A stretch of DNA of 64,000 bases, from positions 186,001 to 250,000 of the IMG/VR virus record IMGVR_UViG_3300034117_002447; one strand, written 5' to 3'. Position numbers and translations under genes: made by a program. Below are positions 1-8,601 of the stretch, in pieces (position 1 is the stretch's first letter; the number at the start of each line of letters is the position of its first letter). The notes under the pieces are model-generated. The model searched no databases and had not been told where the DNA came from. It was given only the letters and a program-made list of their open reading frames with translations.

Positions 1-203
1 TCAATGTAATAAAAGATAAGTTGACTCAAGTTCTCAACTACGATCAATAACTGACCGAATGGAGAAGCCGCGGTGAATACTGAGCGACTCTGTTTAAAAG
101 TAGTTTGTAAGAACTGGATACTCTCACTAAGAATATCGCGAACTCGTATGCGAAGACTGGTGAACAGCCTGAGGTTTGTATTTTGATTAGTAAGACCTGC
201 CAT
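1..203 (-). CDS. Truncated CDS running off the window edge, possibly a baseplate wedge subunit (T4 gp6-like N-terminus)
   Basis: Hand-translated open frame from ATG at 203: MAGLTNQNTNLRLFTSLRIRVRDILSESIQFLQTTFKQSRSVFTAASPFGQLLIVVENLSQLIFYYI. A late-promoter-like motif lies 22 nt upstream. The product call rests only on loose resemblance. Confidence 0.45.
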   Translation of the reverse strand, partial: MAGLTNQNTNLRLFTSLRIRVRDILSESIQFLQTTFKQSRSVFTAASPFGQLLIVVENLSQLIFYYI

Positions 204-225
204 TTAAAGTGTGACTTCTTTTAGG

Positions 226-234
226 TTATTTATC
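226..234 (-). promoter_or_regulatory. Putative late promoter GATAAATAA
   Basis: TTATTTATC on the + strand; divergent partner of the copy at 269-277. Confidence 0.55.
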
Positions 235-268
235 AGTTGAGTAAAACGTTTATGAAGGGAAGCCTTTT

Positions 269-277
269 GATAAATAA
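269..277 (+). promoter_or_regulatory. Putative late promoter GATAAATAA upstream of tmRNA
   Basis: Exact motif 22 nt before the tmRNA 5' end; resembles the T4 late promoter TATAAATA. Confidence 0.55.
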
Positions 278-299
278 AGGAGTATAATAACATTATTAT

Positions 300-666
300 G
301 GGGATGACCGGATTTGACAGGAATTATCGGTTACACCTGCACGCCGAGGAAGATGCTAAGACTCGTTAAAATGTATTAAAACTATAAGTGGCAACACTAA
401 TTTCTGGAGTCTAGTTAACGAAAGCGTTAACGCTCCTGTTACTGAAGAGCTTTTAGCTGCATAAGTGACCAAGCGGCAACTGCTTGACTAACCCAAAGTT
501 GCAAAACCAGCATGGCGTAACGGCCAAGTCGAACCGTTACCGACTTTAGCTTTAAGTCGTTAAAGAATAAGATATTTGGTCCAGTTAGAAAATGGGACTA
601 AGCGTGTAAACGAAGGTCTAATTAGAGGTTTTTTGGACGAGGGTTCGAATCCCTCCATCTCCACCA
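300..666 (+). ncRNA. ssrA: tmRNA (transfer-messenger RNA)
   Basis: 5' GGGGATGACCGGATTTGAC. The 7-bp acceptor stem GGGGATG/CATCTCC has the G3:U alanine identity pair. T-arm GAGGGTTCGAATCCCTC, encoded ACCA 3' end, internal tag ORF ending LAA-stop, and pseudoknot-forming pairings at 517-546. Confidence 0.95.
390..464 (+). other. tmRNA tag reading frame GNTNFWSLVNESVNAPVTEELLAA* (24 aa)
   Basis: ATAAGT precedes the GGC resume codon; open frame to TAA at 462-464; C-terminal LAA degron. Confidence 0.75.
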
Positions 667-672
667 CTTCGT

Positions 673-702
673 AAAAGCCAGTCTCTAGGGATTGGCTTTT
701 TT
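673..702 (+). terminator. Rho-independent terminator after tmRNA
   Basis: AAAAGCCAGTC-TCTAGG-GATTGGCTTTT hairpin followed by a T run. Confidence 0.8.
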
Positions 703-728
703 GGTAATGGTAGAATTGAATAATGTCT

Positions 729-737
729 GATAAATAA
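729..737 (+). promoter_or_regulatory. Putative late promoter GATAAATAA
   Basis: Exact motif 23 nt upstream of the ATG at 761. Confidence 0.55.
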
Positions 738-760
738 TTAGAAATTCAGTTTTACAATAA

Positions 761-2392
761 ATGGCAAATGGAGTAAAGTATTCTACTGGCTCAACCCCAG
801 CAGGTTGCCTTAGAAAGGGCAATATGTTACTCGCGGTCGGGCAGCAAGATTACGGGACGTCCTTTTATTCGGGAGTTAATCCACCGGCTGGCGGATACAC
901 GATTTACGTTAATAAGGCAACTTCTGGTCCAAGCATACACTGCCCTCGAACTGATGCTGAACTGATTAGATTAACTAATCAAATCGCTGGAGCAAATTAC
1001 ACAACAACAAGTCAGTGCTTTAGCTATTTAGCCTCGCAATCGGATAAGATAATAGTCGATTTAGCGTATCCTGATATTGCGACCTCTGGTTTACTTTTAA
1101 AGTTAGACTCAAGTTTTACAGCGTCATATCCTAAAACTGGAACTACTTGGTATGACATAAGCGGAAATAGTTCAAATGGAGTAATTTATAATGGCCCAAT
1201 ATGGAATTCGAATGGGTATTTTGAATTTGATGGGATCGATGACTATGTTGATACAAATAAAACTTTTCAATTTACTAGAGACAGTCAATTTTCAGTTTGT
1301 GGATTTATAAACATTAGAGATCATAAATCTAGAGCAAGCGCTGCTGCTGGTATTATAGGAAAGGGCCATTGGTACTCTAATAGTTGGGATGTTTGGTTAA
1401 GTAACGATAATCGAATTTACTTTGAAACTAATGGAAATAGTAATCCAAATAACGTTCATTTCCTATATAGTGATCCGTTAACAATAGACCGCTGGTATTT
1501 CTTCACCGCTATATATGAAAATGGTAGGAAACTTCTCTATCTCAACCACTCTCAATATGAAAACTTTGATGGAGGAGTCGGTGATTTCACGAACAATAAT
1601 TCTGTATTAATTTCTAGGCGATATGATGACGTATATAGAAGCTTAATGGGATACGGGGCTAACTACTCAATATACGATAGGCAACTAGAGGAAACTGAAG
1701 TATTTCAAAACTATTACGGTGGAAATATTGCGCTAGACGGATTAGTCTTATCCGTAGATGGTGCAAATATTGTTTCTTATCCCGGAACCGGTTCTACTTG
1801 GTACGATATGACTCAAAGTGAGTACTCTGTTACTAATTGCAATATACAAAAGAGTAAAAATAACTACTATTCCTTATGGAGTAATGGAAATGACGCTGAT
1901 GTTGCATCTTCCCCAATTCTAAACAATGACTATCATTCGGTAGAACTTCTGCTAATGTTTAAAGGCTCAGCGACCTATCCAAACGGATACACTGGCAGTT
2001 GGGAACAATTTTTCGGTTATTTCAGCGCAGGCTCAGATCGATCACCGGGCGTTTGGAGATTTCCGTCAGCTAGACTAATACACTGGCAATACGCTCCAGG
2101 ATTCAACGGTCCTAATTTTGGAAAGAACTCAGCTAATGATGAGTTTGACCTAAATACTTATTATCATATCGTTGTAACAAAAGAAGGAGGCACCGTTAAA
2201 ACTTACATAAATGGCGTTTTAACAAACACAGTCGGCGCCTCAAATCCTAAAACCGCAGGAGACTCGATTATCAGATTTTTTGACTATTACTCAGCCGATT
2301 TAATGGAAATTCAAGTATGCAGAATATACGAAAGAACCATATCTCAAGACGAGGTCTCTCTTAATTATGCAGCAGTAAAAAATAGAATGTAA
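761..2392 (+). CDS. Virion protein with two LamG/ConA-like lectin domains
   Basis: Two copies of the GLxLxLD...SYPxTGxTWYD signature followed by LamG-like segments (WYFFTAIY, YYHIVVT...YINGVL, RIYERTIS). The N-terminal ~100 aa is shared with the CDS at 2507. Confidence 0.75.
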   Translation: MANGVKYSTGSTPAGCLRKGNMLLAVGQQDYGTSFYSGVNPPAGGYTIYVNKATSGPSIHCPRTDAELIRLTNQIAGANYTTTSQCFSYLASQSDKIIVDLAYPDIATSGLLLKLDSSFTASYPKTGTTWYDISGNSSNGVIYNGPIWNSNGYFEFDGIDDYVDTNKTFQFTRDSQFSVCGFINIRDHKSRASAAAGIIGKGHWYSNSWDVWLSNDNRIYFETNGNSNPNNVHFLYSDPLTIDRWYFFTAIYENGRKLLYLNHSQYENFDGGVGDFTNNNSVLISRRYDDVYRSLMGYGANYSIYDRQLEETEVFQNYYGGNIALDGLVLSVDGANIVSYPGTGSTWYDMTQSEYSVTNCNIQKSKNNYYSLWSNGNDADVASSPILNNDYHSVELLLMFKGSATYPNGYTGSWEQFFGYFSAGSDRSPGVWRFPSARLIHWQYAPGFNGPNFGKNSANDEFDLNTYYHIVVTKEGGTVKTYINGVLTNTVGASNPKTAGDSIIRFFDYYSADLMEIQVCRIYERTISQDEVSLNYAAVKNRM

Positions 2393-2397
2393 TAAAG

Positions 2398-2493
2398 ATG
2401 GAACAAGTATATGGAAATTGTGCAGAATGTGAAACAAACGGGCCATTGGATAATCAAGGTTTGTGTTCGATTTGTGGTACTAAAGACAAATAA
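2398..2493 (+). CDS. 31-aa CxxC-x11-CxxC zinc-ribbon-like microprotein
   Basis: MEQVYGNCAECETNGPLDNQGLCSICGTKDK*. It fills the gap between two genes almost exactly and is absent from the ORF track (below the size cutoff). Confidence 0.6.
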   Translation: MEQVYGNCAECETNGPLDNQGLCSICGTKDK

Positions 2494-2506
2494 TCATTTA
2501 TAATAA

Positions 2507-3487
2507 ATGCCAAATCTAATAAAATATTCAGTAGGTGCGACACCAGTAGGTTGCCTCAGAAAAGGCAATATGCTGATCGGCAATAATACAGCCGATTACG
2601 GGTCGACCTTTTTTAATGGTATCGATCCACCGACTGGAGGTTATACGATCTACTTGAATAAAGCATCACAGGGACCAAGTATTTACTGCCCAGAGAATGA
2701 TGCTAAATTAATTGAACGTACTAACCAAATTGCTGGAGCTAGTTATACGACAGTTGCTCAATGCCTAGCCTATTTTGCTGGGCAAACAGATAAAATCGTG
2801 GTTAAGTCGAACTATGAGGGAATAGTTACTAGTGGGTTAGTTTTGAATTTAGACGCTGGTTTTTTACCGTCATACCCAACCACCGGAACTACTTGGTATG
2901 ATGTAAGTGGAAATAATTCAAATGGAATATTGACAAACGGCCCTACGTTTAGTTCCGCAAATAGCGGTACAATTGTTTTTGATGGGACAAATGACTATGC
3001 TGATTTTATTGCACCAGGCTTAGGGACTACGACTACCGTAGAGATGTGGTGTAAAATCGGAGCGGCATACAGCGGTAGAATGTTCTTCGGTTGGGACCGT
3101 TATGATGTTTGGTGCGGTAGCGGTACTTTAGGATTCAATACGGCAGCAAGCGATGTTTATGGTATATCAGCATCCGCAGTTTCGGCATTAGGCTTAGTTA
3201 ATAATTGGAAACATTATACTTTTGAAATGCGAAGTGATGTTGCATACACCAACAATAAAATTTATATTAACGGGGCTTCTCAAACACTATCGCAACAATT
3301 ATCTTCTGAAAATGCTAGTGTTAGAAACTTTAATAGTGGTAACGGTAGAATCGCAATATGGAGGGCTACTGAAACATCATTTCAAATGCCAATGGAATGT
3401 GCTATATTTAAAGTTTATAATAGAGCATTAACTCAAAATGAAATAACTCAAAACTATAACACAACAAAGGCTAGATTTGGACTTTAA
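2507..3487 (+). CDS. Virion protein with a single LamG/ConA-like domain; paralogue of 761..2392
   Basis: GLVLNLDAGFLPSYPTTGTTWYDVSG and KVYNRALTQNEITQNY motifs; shared N-terminal module. Confidence 0.75.
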   Translation: MPNLIKYSVGATPVGCLRKGNMLIGNNTADYGSTFFNGIDPPTGGYTIYLNKASQGPSIYCPENDAKLIERTNQIAGASYTTVAQCLAYFAGQTDKIVVKSNYEGIVTSGLVLNLDAGFLPSYPTTGTTWYDVSGNNSNGILTNGPTFSSANSGTIVFDGTNDYADFIAPGLGTTTTVEMWCKIGAAYSGRMFFGWDRYDVWCGSGTLGFNTAASDVYGISASAVSALGLVNNWKHYTFEMRSDVAYTNNKIYINGASQTLSQQLSSENASVRNFNSGNGRIAIWRATETSFQMPMECAIFKVYNRALTQNEITQNYNTTKARFGL

Positions 3488-3524
3488 TACACAACTAAAA
3501 ATAAAAAAATAAAATAAAACAATA

Positions 3525-3788
3525 ATGGCAGAACAATACGAAGACCGAAGATTTGTTATCTTTAATGTTAGCGAACTATCAACAATTGATTTTGATCAAG
3601 TATTTGAAACTTCAGCGGACACCGTTCGAAAGTCAGTTAACGGGACTTTGACTTTTGTAAAATACGACTTGCCGATGCCTTCATCAGTTACGGCATTAAC
3701 TAGCCGATCACAGGAGTACACGTTTTCGCAAATCGTACCTATCTTGGCAACCTCGGCTTGGACAGATAGTTCAATAATGATACCGTAA
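3525..3788 (+). CDS. Small conserved phage hypothetical protein
   Basis: 87-aa ORF with an A-rich leader. The FDQVxETSADTVRKSVxGTxTFVK motif is recalled from aquatic phage proteins next to LamG genes. Confidence 0.6.
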   Translation: MAEQYEDRRFVIFNVSELSTIDFDQVFETSADTVRKSVNGTLTFVKYDLPMPSSVTALTSRSQEYTFSQIVPILATSAWTDSSIMIP

Positions 3789-3798
3789 TCATACTCTA

Positions 3799-3807
3799 AA
3801 TAAATAA
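3799..3807 (+). promoter_or_regulatory. Putative late promoter AATAAATAA
   Basis: Motif 4 nt upstream of the gp15-like start; the short spacing lowers confidence. Confidence 0.4.
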
Positions 3808-3811
3808 CTGT

Positions 3812-4558
3812 ATGAAGACACTTAATACTGATGACATTTTCTTAAGAAATTTAACCATTGCTCTGCTTGATCTGCTTAATGGTGAAATGGAAATGAGCTT
3901 ATCCCGTGAAGATCACAAGGACACTTTCAAGGTTCCATTCGTTTATAATTACGGAACTGACGAGGGATTCCTAAAGGATTTCTATATTGGACTTCCGGAT
4001 AACTGCCGAATTCCGGTAGCTGAAGGAACCTATGACATTATCCCTAGAGGAATCGTTACTCTTTCTAGTTTCCAGGTAAAATCATCTGACATGACTAACA
4101 AATTTGTTAGAGGTAGTTTTACTGAAACTGAACGTGGATCAAACGATCAAAATATCTTAACTGGATACTCTGCTCAACTCTTCTCTATTCCATTAGCGGT
4201 TAAGTTCGATGTAAAGATTATATGTGATAACTTAAATAAAGCATTTAAAATCGCTGAAAATATGTTGACAATTAACTACTCAAACCGGGTGGTTTACTTT
4301 CAATACAATGGAGTTAGGATTCCAGCTCAACTGCAATTCCCTGCATCAGAAACAATTGATAAACAGTACAAATTCAGCTTAACCGATAGTAACAAAATTA
4401 ATATTACTCTTTCAGTTGACGTTGAGACCTATTTACCGAGCTTCGAAAAGACCTCTAAACGTAAGAGCTCAAATGTAATGGAGCGAATTAACGTAAACCG
4501 TAAAATTGACGGTGGAGACTTAACGGTTGGTAGCGGTTGGACTGATCAGAATAGTTAA
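3812..4558 (+). CDS. Tail sheath stabiliser/terminator, T4 gp15-like
   Basis: FLRNLTIALLDLLN...KVPFVY and PLAVKFDVKII parallel the T4 gp15 segments FRRYATLMGDLFS...RVPITY. Confidence 0.6.
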   Translation: MKTLNTDDIFLRNLTIALLDLLNGEMEMSLSREDHKDTFKVPFVYNYGTDEGFLKDFYIGLPDNCRIPVAEGTYDIIPRGIVTLSSFQVKSSDMTNKFVRGSFTETERGSNDQNILTGYSAQLFSIPLAVKFDVKIICDNLNKAFKIAENMLTINYSNRVVYFQYNGVRIPAQLQFPASETIDKQYKFSLTDSNKINITLSVDVETYLPSFEKTSKRKSSNVMERINVNRKIDGGDLTVGSGWTDQNS

Positions 4559-5172
4559 TCAAAGTCTAATTCTAAATCGAAATTGTAATACTTAAACGTT
4601 GCAGTAAACGTTGTGAATTGTGGAGTGATTGATGAATAAGATAAATTCATTTCACTTAATGACGTTAGCATTGGTCGATTGAAAATAATCGAAGAAACTG
4701 CATAACCTTCATTGTTTAGAAGAGTCAGCCTGATTGGCTGAAAGAACGGGTGATTTCCATTTGACATTGCTGGCACGGATAGTGCTTGGCCTAATGAATT
4801 TCTTCCAGTATTTTCAGTAGAAACATTGGCTGGGTCCAAGTAGTTAAGAGCATTATCTAAAAAGATAAAGTAATTCAAATACGCGTCTGTTAACTTAAAC
4901 GTCACCTTTAACTCTCTAGTAAATTGATCAGCTATTGGTTTTGAGCTCTGTAATTCTTGAGTTTTTCCAAGTGTCCTAGTTTGAGTAGGAAGAACTGAAC
5001 TAAATCCTGGAAAGTTTACACTTTGCACAGTGGATGCCATAAAGTCCGGAAGAGACTTGTAAGGTAGCAGCAGATTTCTGTAATATTTACTGTACTTCTC
5101 CTGTACAGCAGAATTAAAGAAATCTGCTGGAAAGTTTATAAAAAAGCTGTTCTGTCTAGAATTAAGTATCAT
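4555..5172 (-). CDS. Tail tube terminator/completion protein, T4 gp3-like
   Basis: QSVNFPG, IRLTLLNNEGYAVSSIIFNRPMLTSLSEMNLSY and TATFKYYNFDLE align by eye with gp3 QSVPIPG, ITLYILDNSKTEIVMSINFYKPWVSDLSEVEFSY and TATIPYTYFQVE. Confidence 0.7.
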   Translation of the reverse strand: MILNSRQNSFFINFPADFFNSAVQEKYSKYYRNLLLPYKSLPDFMASTVQSVNFPGFSSVLPTQTRTLGKTQELQSSKPIADQFTRELKVTFKLTDAYLNYFIFLDNALNYLDPANVSTENTGRNSLGQALSVPAMSNGNHPFFQPIRLTLLNNEGYAVSSIIFNRPMLTSLSEMNLSYSSITPQFTTFTATFKYYNFDLELDFD

Positions 5173-5182
5173 ATAGAATTAT

Positions 5183-7915
5183 CTATACGAGAATTTTCTT
5201 AAGTTCAGCGATTACTTGTTCGCTAGTTATCAATTTAGAACACTCAAATTGGCGACTAGTTCCTTTATGATCAGGGCACCAATTCCAGTCTCCGGCATCA
5301 AGTCTCAAACGATTGGCACAGCCTGAGCATGCACCAGCCGGGGCAGCTAATTTAACAATTCCATTATCAGGTTCGTTGTAGGGTTCAGTAAATCCAGATA
5401 CTTGAATGGTTGGGACGTTTGCTGCCCACGCTAACCAAGTTAAGCCGCTGCTTATTCCAATGAATGCTTGACACTCAGATATGTTTTTAACAGCCTCCTC
5501 GATTGAACCTTCCGGTAACTTAGCGGCTCCGATTGGATGGCTATTTCCCATATATCCATCGTGTTCTCTTGACATAATGACTGGTTCATATCCATTTTGT
5601 AATAACCAGTCAGTAACCTCCTGCCAGCCATTTGGATTGTTCCAATATTTGGCTTGAGCAGTTCCGTGAATTCCTAAACCTACTTTTTTAGTGACAGTAG
5701 ATCGGTCGTATGTTTTAATTAAAGGCTTGATTTCAGTGTAGTCTAATCCTAAAATATCAGCAGCAGTTCTCTGTAATGGACCCAACTTAAAATCTCTAGG
5801 ATTCATTGCTGAATCGAACACTTCGTTATTATTGTACCATCCGATTTTATACATTGCATAAAGGCCTGTTATACTGGAACCGGGTGCAACTAATTCGATT
5901 TCCGGATATTGCTCAGCAAATAAGTTATTCCAAAAAGTAGAGCAAACAACTTTACAATTATGTTTCTTTCTGAATTCTTCAACGTAAGGGAACCATGCTA
6001 AATTATCACCTAGCGCCTTAGAGTCAAGTGAAATATAAACCTTCTTTCCAGCAATATTATAATTAATTTCTTCAATGACTTCGCTGTTCTGATCAAGTAT
6101 TTGAATTTTCCAATCTTTAAAGTATTTAGAGTAGGTTTTTGCCCAAGTTTTATTACCTAGAGTAGTTAAAAATTCTTCTGAACCAGTTACATTATTTATG
6201 AATTTAACTGGGTACTTAAAACTTGATGATGTTTCGATTTCAACATAGGCTCCATCCATAAAATTATAATAAACAGTTGGACTCTCTGCGTCTGAGAAAA
6301 GGGTTAATCGATTCATTACGATAAATTCAGATAGGTCGTTTTGTAAAAACTCAGAATAAACGCTCTTTCCTAAATAATTAACGGTTGCCGTTAATCCCTT
6401 TTGGTATTTACCTAGATCAACTAATGAGTAACCGTCTTTCTGTAAGGTTACGAATTTTACAAATTTACCGTATCTAACTTCCAGTAAATAGTCGCTATCT
6501 GCTTTTTCTTCGTGAAATCCTGAAATTAGGTGTAGGTATAAATTTCCATTATCACTCGCAGCTGGATAGATTTGGAATTTACCATCATCTCTTAAGATAC
6601 CGTCTCTATTCCAAACAGCTTGAGTATTTAATTCGTTTGAGTTCGCAATATACTCGGTGTGACCTATGTTAGTTGTAAATTTTCTTAAGTATTCAAGAAA
6701 TACTCTCTCTAACTGCCAGCCCTTTGGCTTATTTGTAAAGTATTCGCGTTTTGTTTTTATTTGATCCATCATCTTAACGGCGATATCCGTCTTTATCGAA
6801 AAGATGAAAGTTGCCATGAAAGGCGACAATTGAGTGTCTACACTTGAACCTTCGTGATATTCATAGATAATAGCATCATGCAATTTTGATTTTTCCAAGA
6901 AGGCTTGTCTGTATTGGAATGTATCGATTAGGTTATCGTATTCCATGAAGTGAATCATTTTCTTTCCTAGGAATTTACAGAAATTAAAAGCAATCGTCAT
7001 TGATGTCCATATTGCATAATCATGATGGTACGGCATTGCATTGTCAACTTGATAATCTGCAAATCTGGTCCATCTACCGCTTGATACTGAATGATCTTCA
7101 AATTCTGAATTTAAAAGTAGTGGATTTTCTTTATCAAAGATATAGTAATCAACCAATTTTTGAATTTCAGGCTTTATTGCATAGTGAGATACTAATAGGA
7201 TTGGGATACCTGCAAATTCTCTAAGTTTTGAAATACACTCAATTAGGTCCTGCTCTTTTTCTGGAGTATTAGGCCACGTGTCTAAAACAAAAATGTCATC
7301 CTTATATTCTTCGGAAATAATAATGGATTCTGGAGTAGGCTTATTATAGAGTTGGTCATTCTTAATTCCGCCCTTTACTCCAAAGAAATAGAGATCTCCA
7401 GGATGAGCTGTATATTCAAAGACTCCGTCTGGAAATGCTTGCTCAAAACCTTTAACTTCACGAATGGCCGCTTCAGTTAAATTCTTATAATAGTCAGACC
7501 ATTCTTCTGAAATATTCGCAAGCAGTGGAGCGGCTGAACTGCCGTCTGATCTGCGAGTTCCGTGTTCAGGTCTACCAGTTGAAGCACATGTAAAAATGAA
7601 TGCTCCTCCAGGTTTTAGCATTCGGATAATATTCTGTAGCGATTTCTCATAGAACATGTCGTGTTCAAATACTTCAGTTGAAATAATAAGATCAAACTGT
7701 TCGTTTGGTGCATCGTATAGATGAGCGACTTGAATAACGTCTACGTTTGGACCTTCACCTACATCTAATCCAATATAGTTACAATCGGTTAAGAAGAATC
7801 GGTTATTTCCATTAATATCAAGAGATCCGATATCTAGGACCTTTTTTCCAGTGAAATACTGCGGAAATACTTCACTCATTTTTTTACAAAATTCTTGCTG
7901 TTGAGGATGTGCCAT
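5183..7915 (-). CDS. Fusion: class I SAM methyltransferase + unassigned central domain + Aah/TibC-family (autotransporter heptosyltransferase-like) protein O-glycosyltransferase
   Basis: N-terminal VLDIGS...STEVFEHD...LKPGG. C-terminal LGDNLAWFPYVEEFRKKHNC...YPEI, FIGISSGLTWLAWA and the four-Cys cluster CSGC...WCPDHKGTSRQFECSKLI typical of TibC/Aah. Confidence 0.8.
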   Translation of the reverse strand: MAHPQQQEFCKKMSEVFPQYFTGKKVLDIGSLDINGNNRFFLTDCNYIGLDVGEGPNVDVIQVAHLYDAPNEQFDLIISTEVFEHDMFYEKSLQNIIRMLKPGGAFIFTCASTGRPEHGTRRSDGSSAAPLLANISEEWSDYYKNLTEAAIREVKGFEQAFPDGVFEYTAHPGDLYFFGVKGGIKNDQLYNKPTPESIIISEEYKDDIFVLDTWPNTPEKEQDLIECISKLREFAGIPILLVSHYAIKPEIQKLVDYYIFDKENPLLLNSEFEDHSVSSGRWTRFADYQVDNAMPYHHDYAIWTSMTIAFNFCKFLGKKMIHFMEYDNLIDTFQYRQAFLEKSKLHDAIIYEYHEGSSVDTQLSPFMATFIFSIKTDIAVKMMDQIKTKREYFTNKPKGWQLERVFLEYLRKFTTNIGHTEYIANSNELNTQAVWNRDGILRDDGKFQIYPAASDNGNLYLHLISGFHEEKADSDYLLEVRYGKFVKFVTLQKDGYSLVDLGKYQKGLTATVNYLGKSVYSEFLQNDLSEFIVMNRLTLFSDAESPTVYYNFMDGAYVEIETSSSFKYPVKFINNVTGSEEFLTTLGNKTWAKTYSKYFKDWKIQILDQNSEVIEEINYNIAGKKVYISLDSKALGDNLAWFPYVEEFRKKHNCKVVCSTFWNNLFAEQYPEIELVAPGSSITGLYAMYKIGWYNNNEVFDSAMNPRDFKLGPLQRTAADILGLDYTEIKPLIKTYDRSTVTKKVGLGIHGTAQAKYWNNPNGWQEVTDWLLQNGYEPVIMSREHDGYMGNSHPIGAAKLPEGSIEEAVKNISECQAFIGISSGLTWLAWAANVPTIQVSGFTEPYNEPDNGIVKLAAPAGACSGCANRLRLDAGDWNWCPDHKGTSRQFECSKLITSEQVIAELKKILV

Positions 7916-7922
7916 TTGTTAA

Positions 7923-8588
7923 TTATCTTTTTGTTATAATAGTTATACCGTTTAGGAAATTTACAGATTCAATATCTGTTCTGATTTCCAAACCTTTTTC
8001 TTTTGTTTGTTTAGTTAGGAAGTCTTCTCTTCGTGCATGAACGTTCCAAAATTCTTCCTGCATTTGACCGTTAAAGTTAACATCGTCTACTAGCTTTTTG
8101 CAGAATTCAATTGACGAACCTGGATGCATAAAGCCGCCTTCCCAATCTTCCCAATACGAAGTTGAAGTATCTTCAATAACGTAGACTCCTTCAGGTTTTA
8201 CGTAGTCAATTAGATTATTAAATGAGATAATTACATGTCGATTGATATGTGAACCGTCATCAAGTACCATATCAAATGGTCCCCATTTTTTAGCGACCCA
8301 ATTTAAGAACTGAGGATCGTCTTGTGAACCTATTTCAACAAAAACATTTTTACTAGAGTCTTCGTATTGTTTACATGAAGGTTCAATATCAATTCCTATA
8401 ATTGTTGCATTTGGATAGTATTCTCTCCAAGTCGAAAGAGATTCTCCGTGAAGAACTCCGATTTCAAGAATGGTTAAAGGTTCTAATCGATTGAACGGTA
8501 ACCATTTTTCGTACTTTTCACAGTAATTGTGAATTTCTGAAGATTTGTCTGTGCCTTTAGACTTGGCAATAGTATTTAGTGATCTCAT
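7923..8588 (-). CDS. SAM-dependent O-methyltransferase, MycE-like sugar methyltransferase family
   Basis: GTDKS..H.Y, ILEIGV..G.SL..W, GSQDD and FDMVLDDGSH motifs. Confidence 0.7.
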   Translation of the reverse strand: MRSLNTIAKSKGTDKSSEIHNYCEKYEKWLPFNRLEPLTILEIGVLHGESLSTWREYYPNATIIGIDIEPSCKQYEDSSKNVFVEIGSQDDPQFLNWVAKKWGPFDMVLDDGSHINRHVIISFNNLIDYVKPEGVYVIEDTSTSYWEDWEGGFMHPGSSIEFCKKLVDDVNFNGQMQEEFWNVHARREDFLTKQTKEKGLEIRTDIESVNFLNGITIITKR

Positions 8589-8601
8589 ATAAGAGTATGG
8601 G

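Noticed and set aside
636-666. Stand-alone tRNA
   Set aside because: The T-arm and CCA belong to the tmRNA; the acceptor partner is 330 nt upstream and there is no anticodon arm.
761-3487. Diversity-generating retroelement acting on the lectin genes
   Set aside because: No reverse transcriptase and no near-identical template/variable repeat pair differing at adenines seen in the window.
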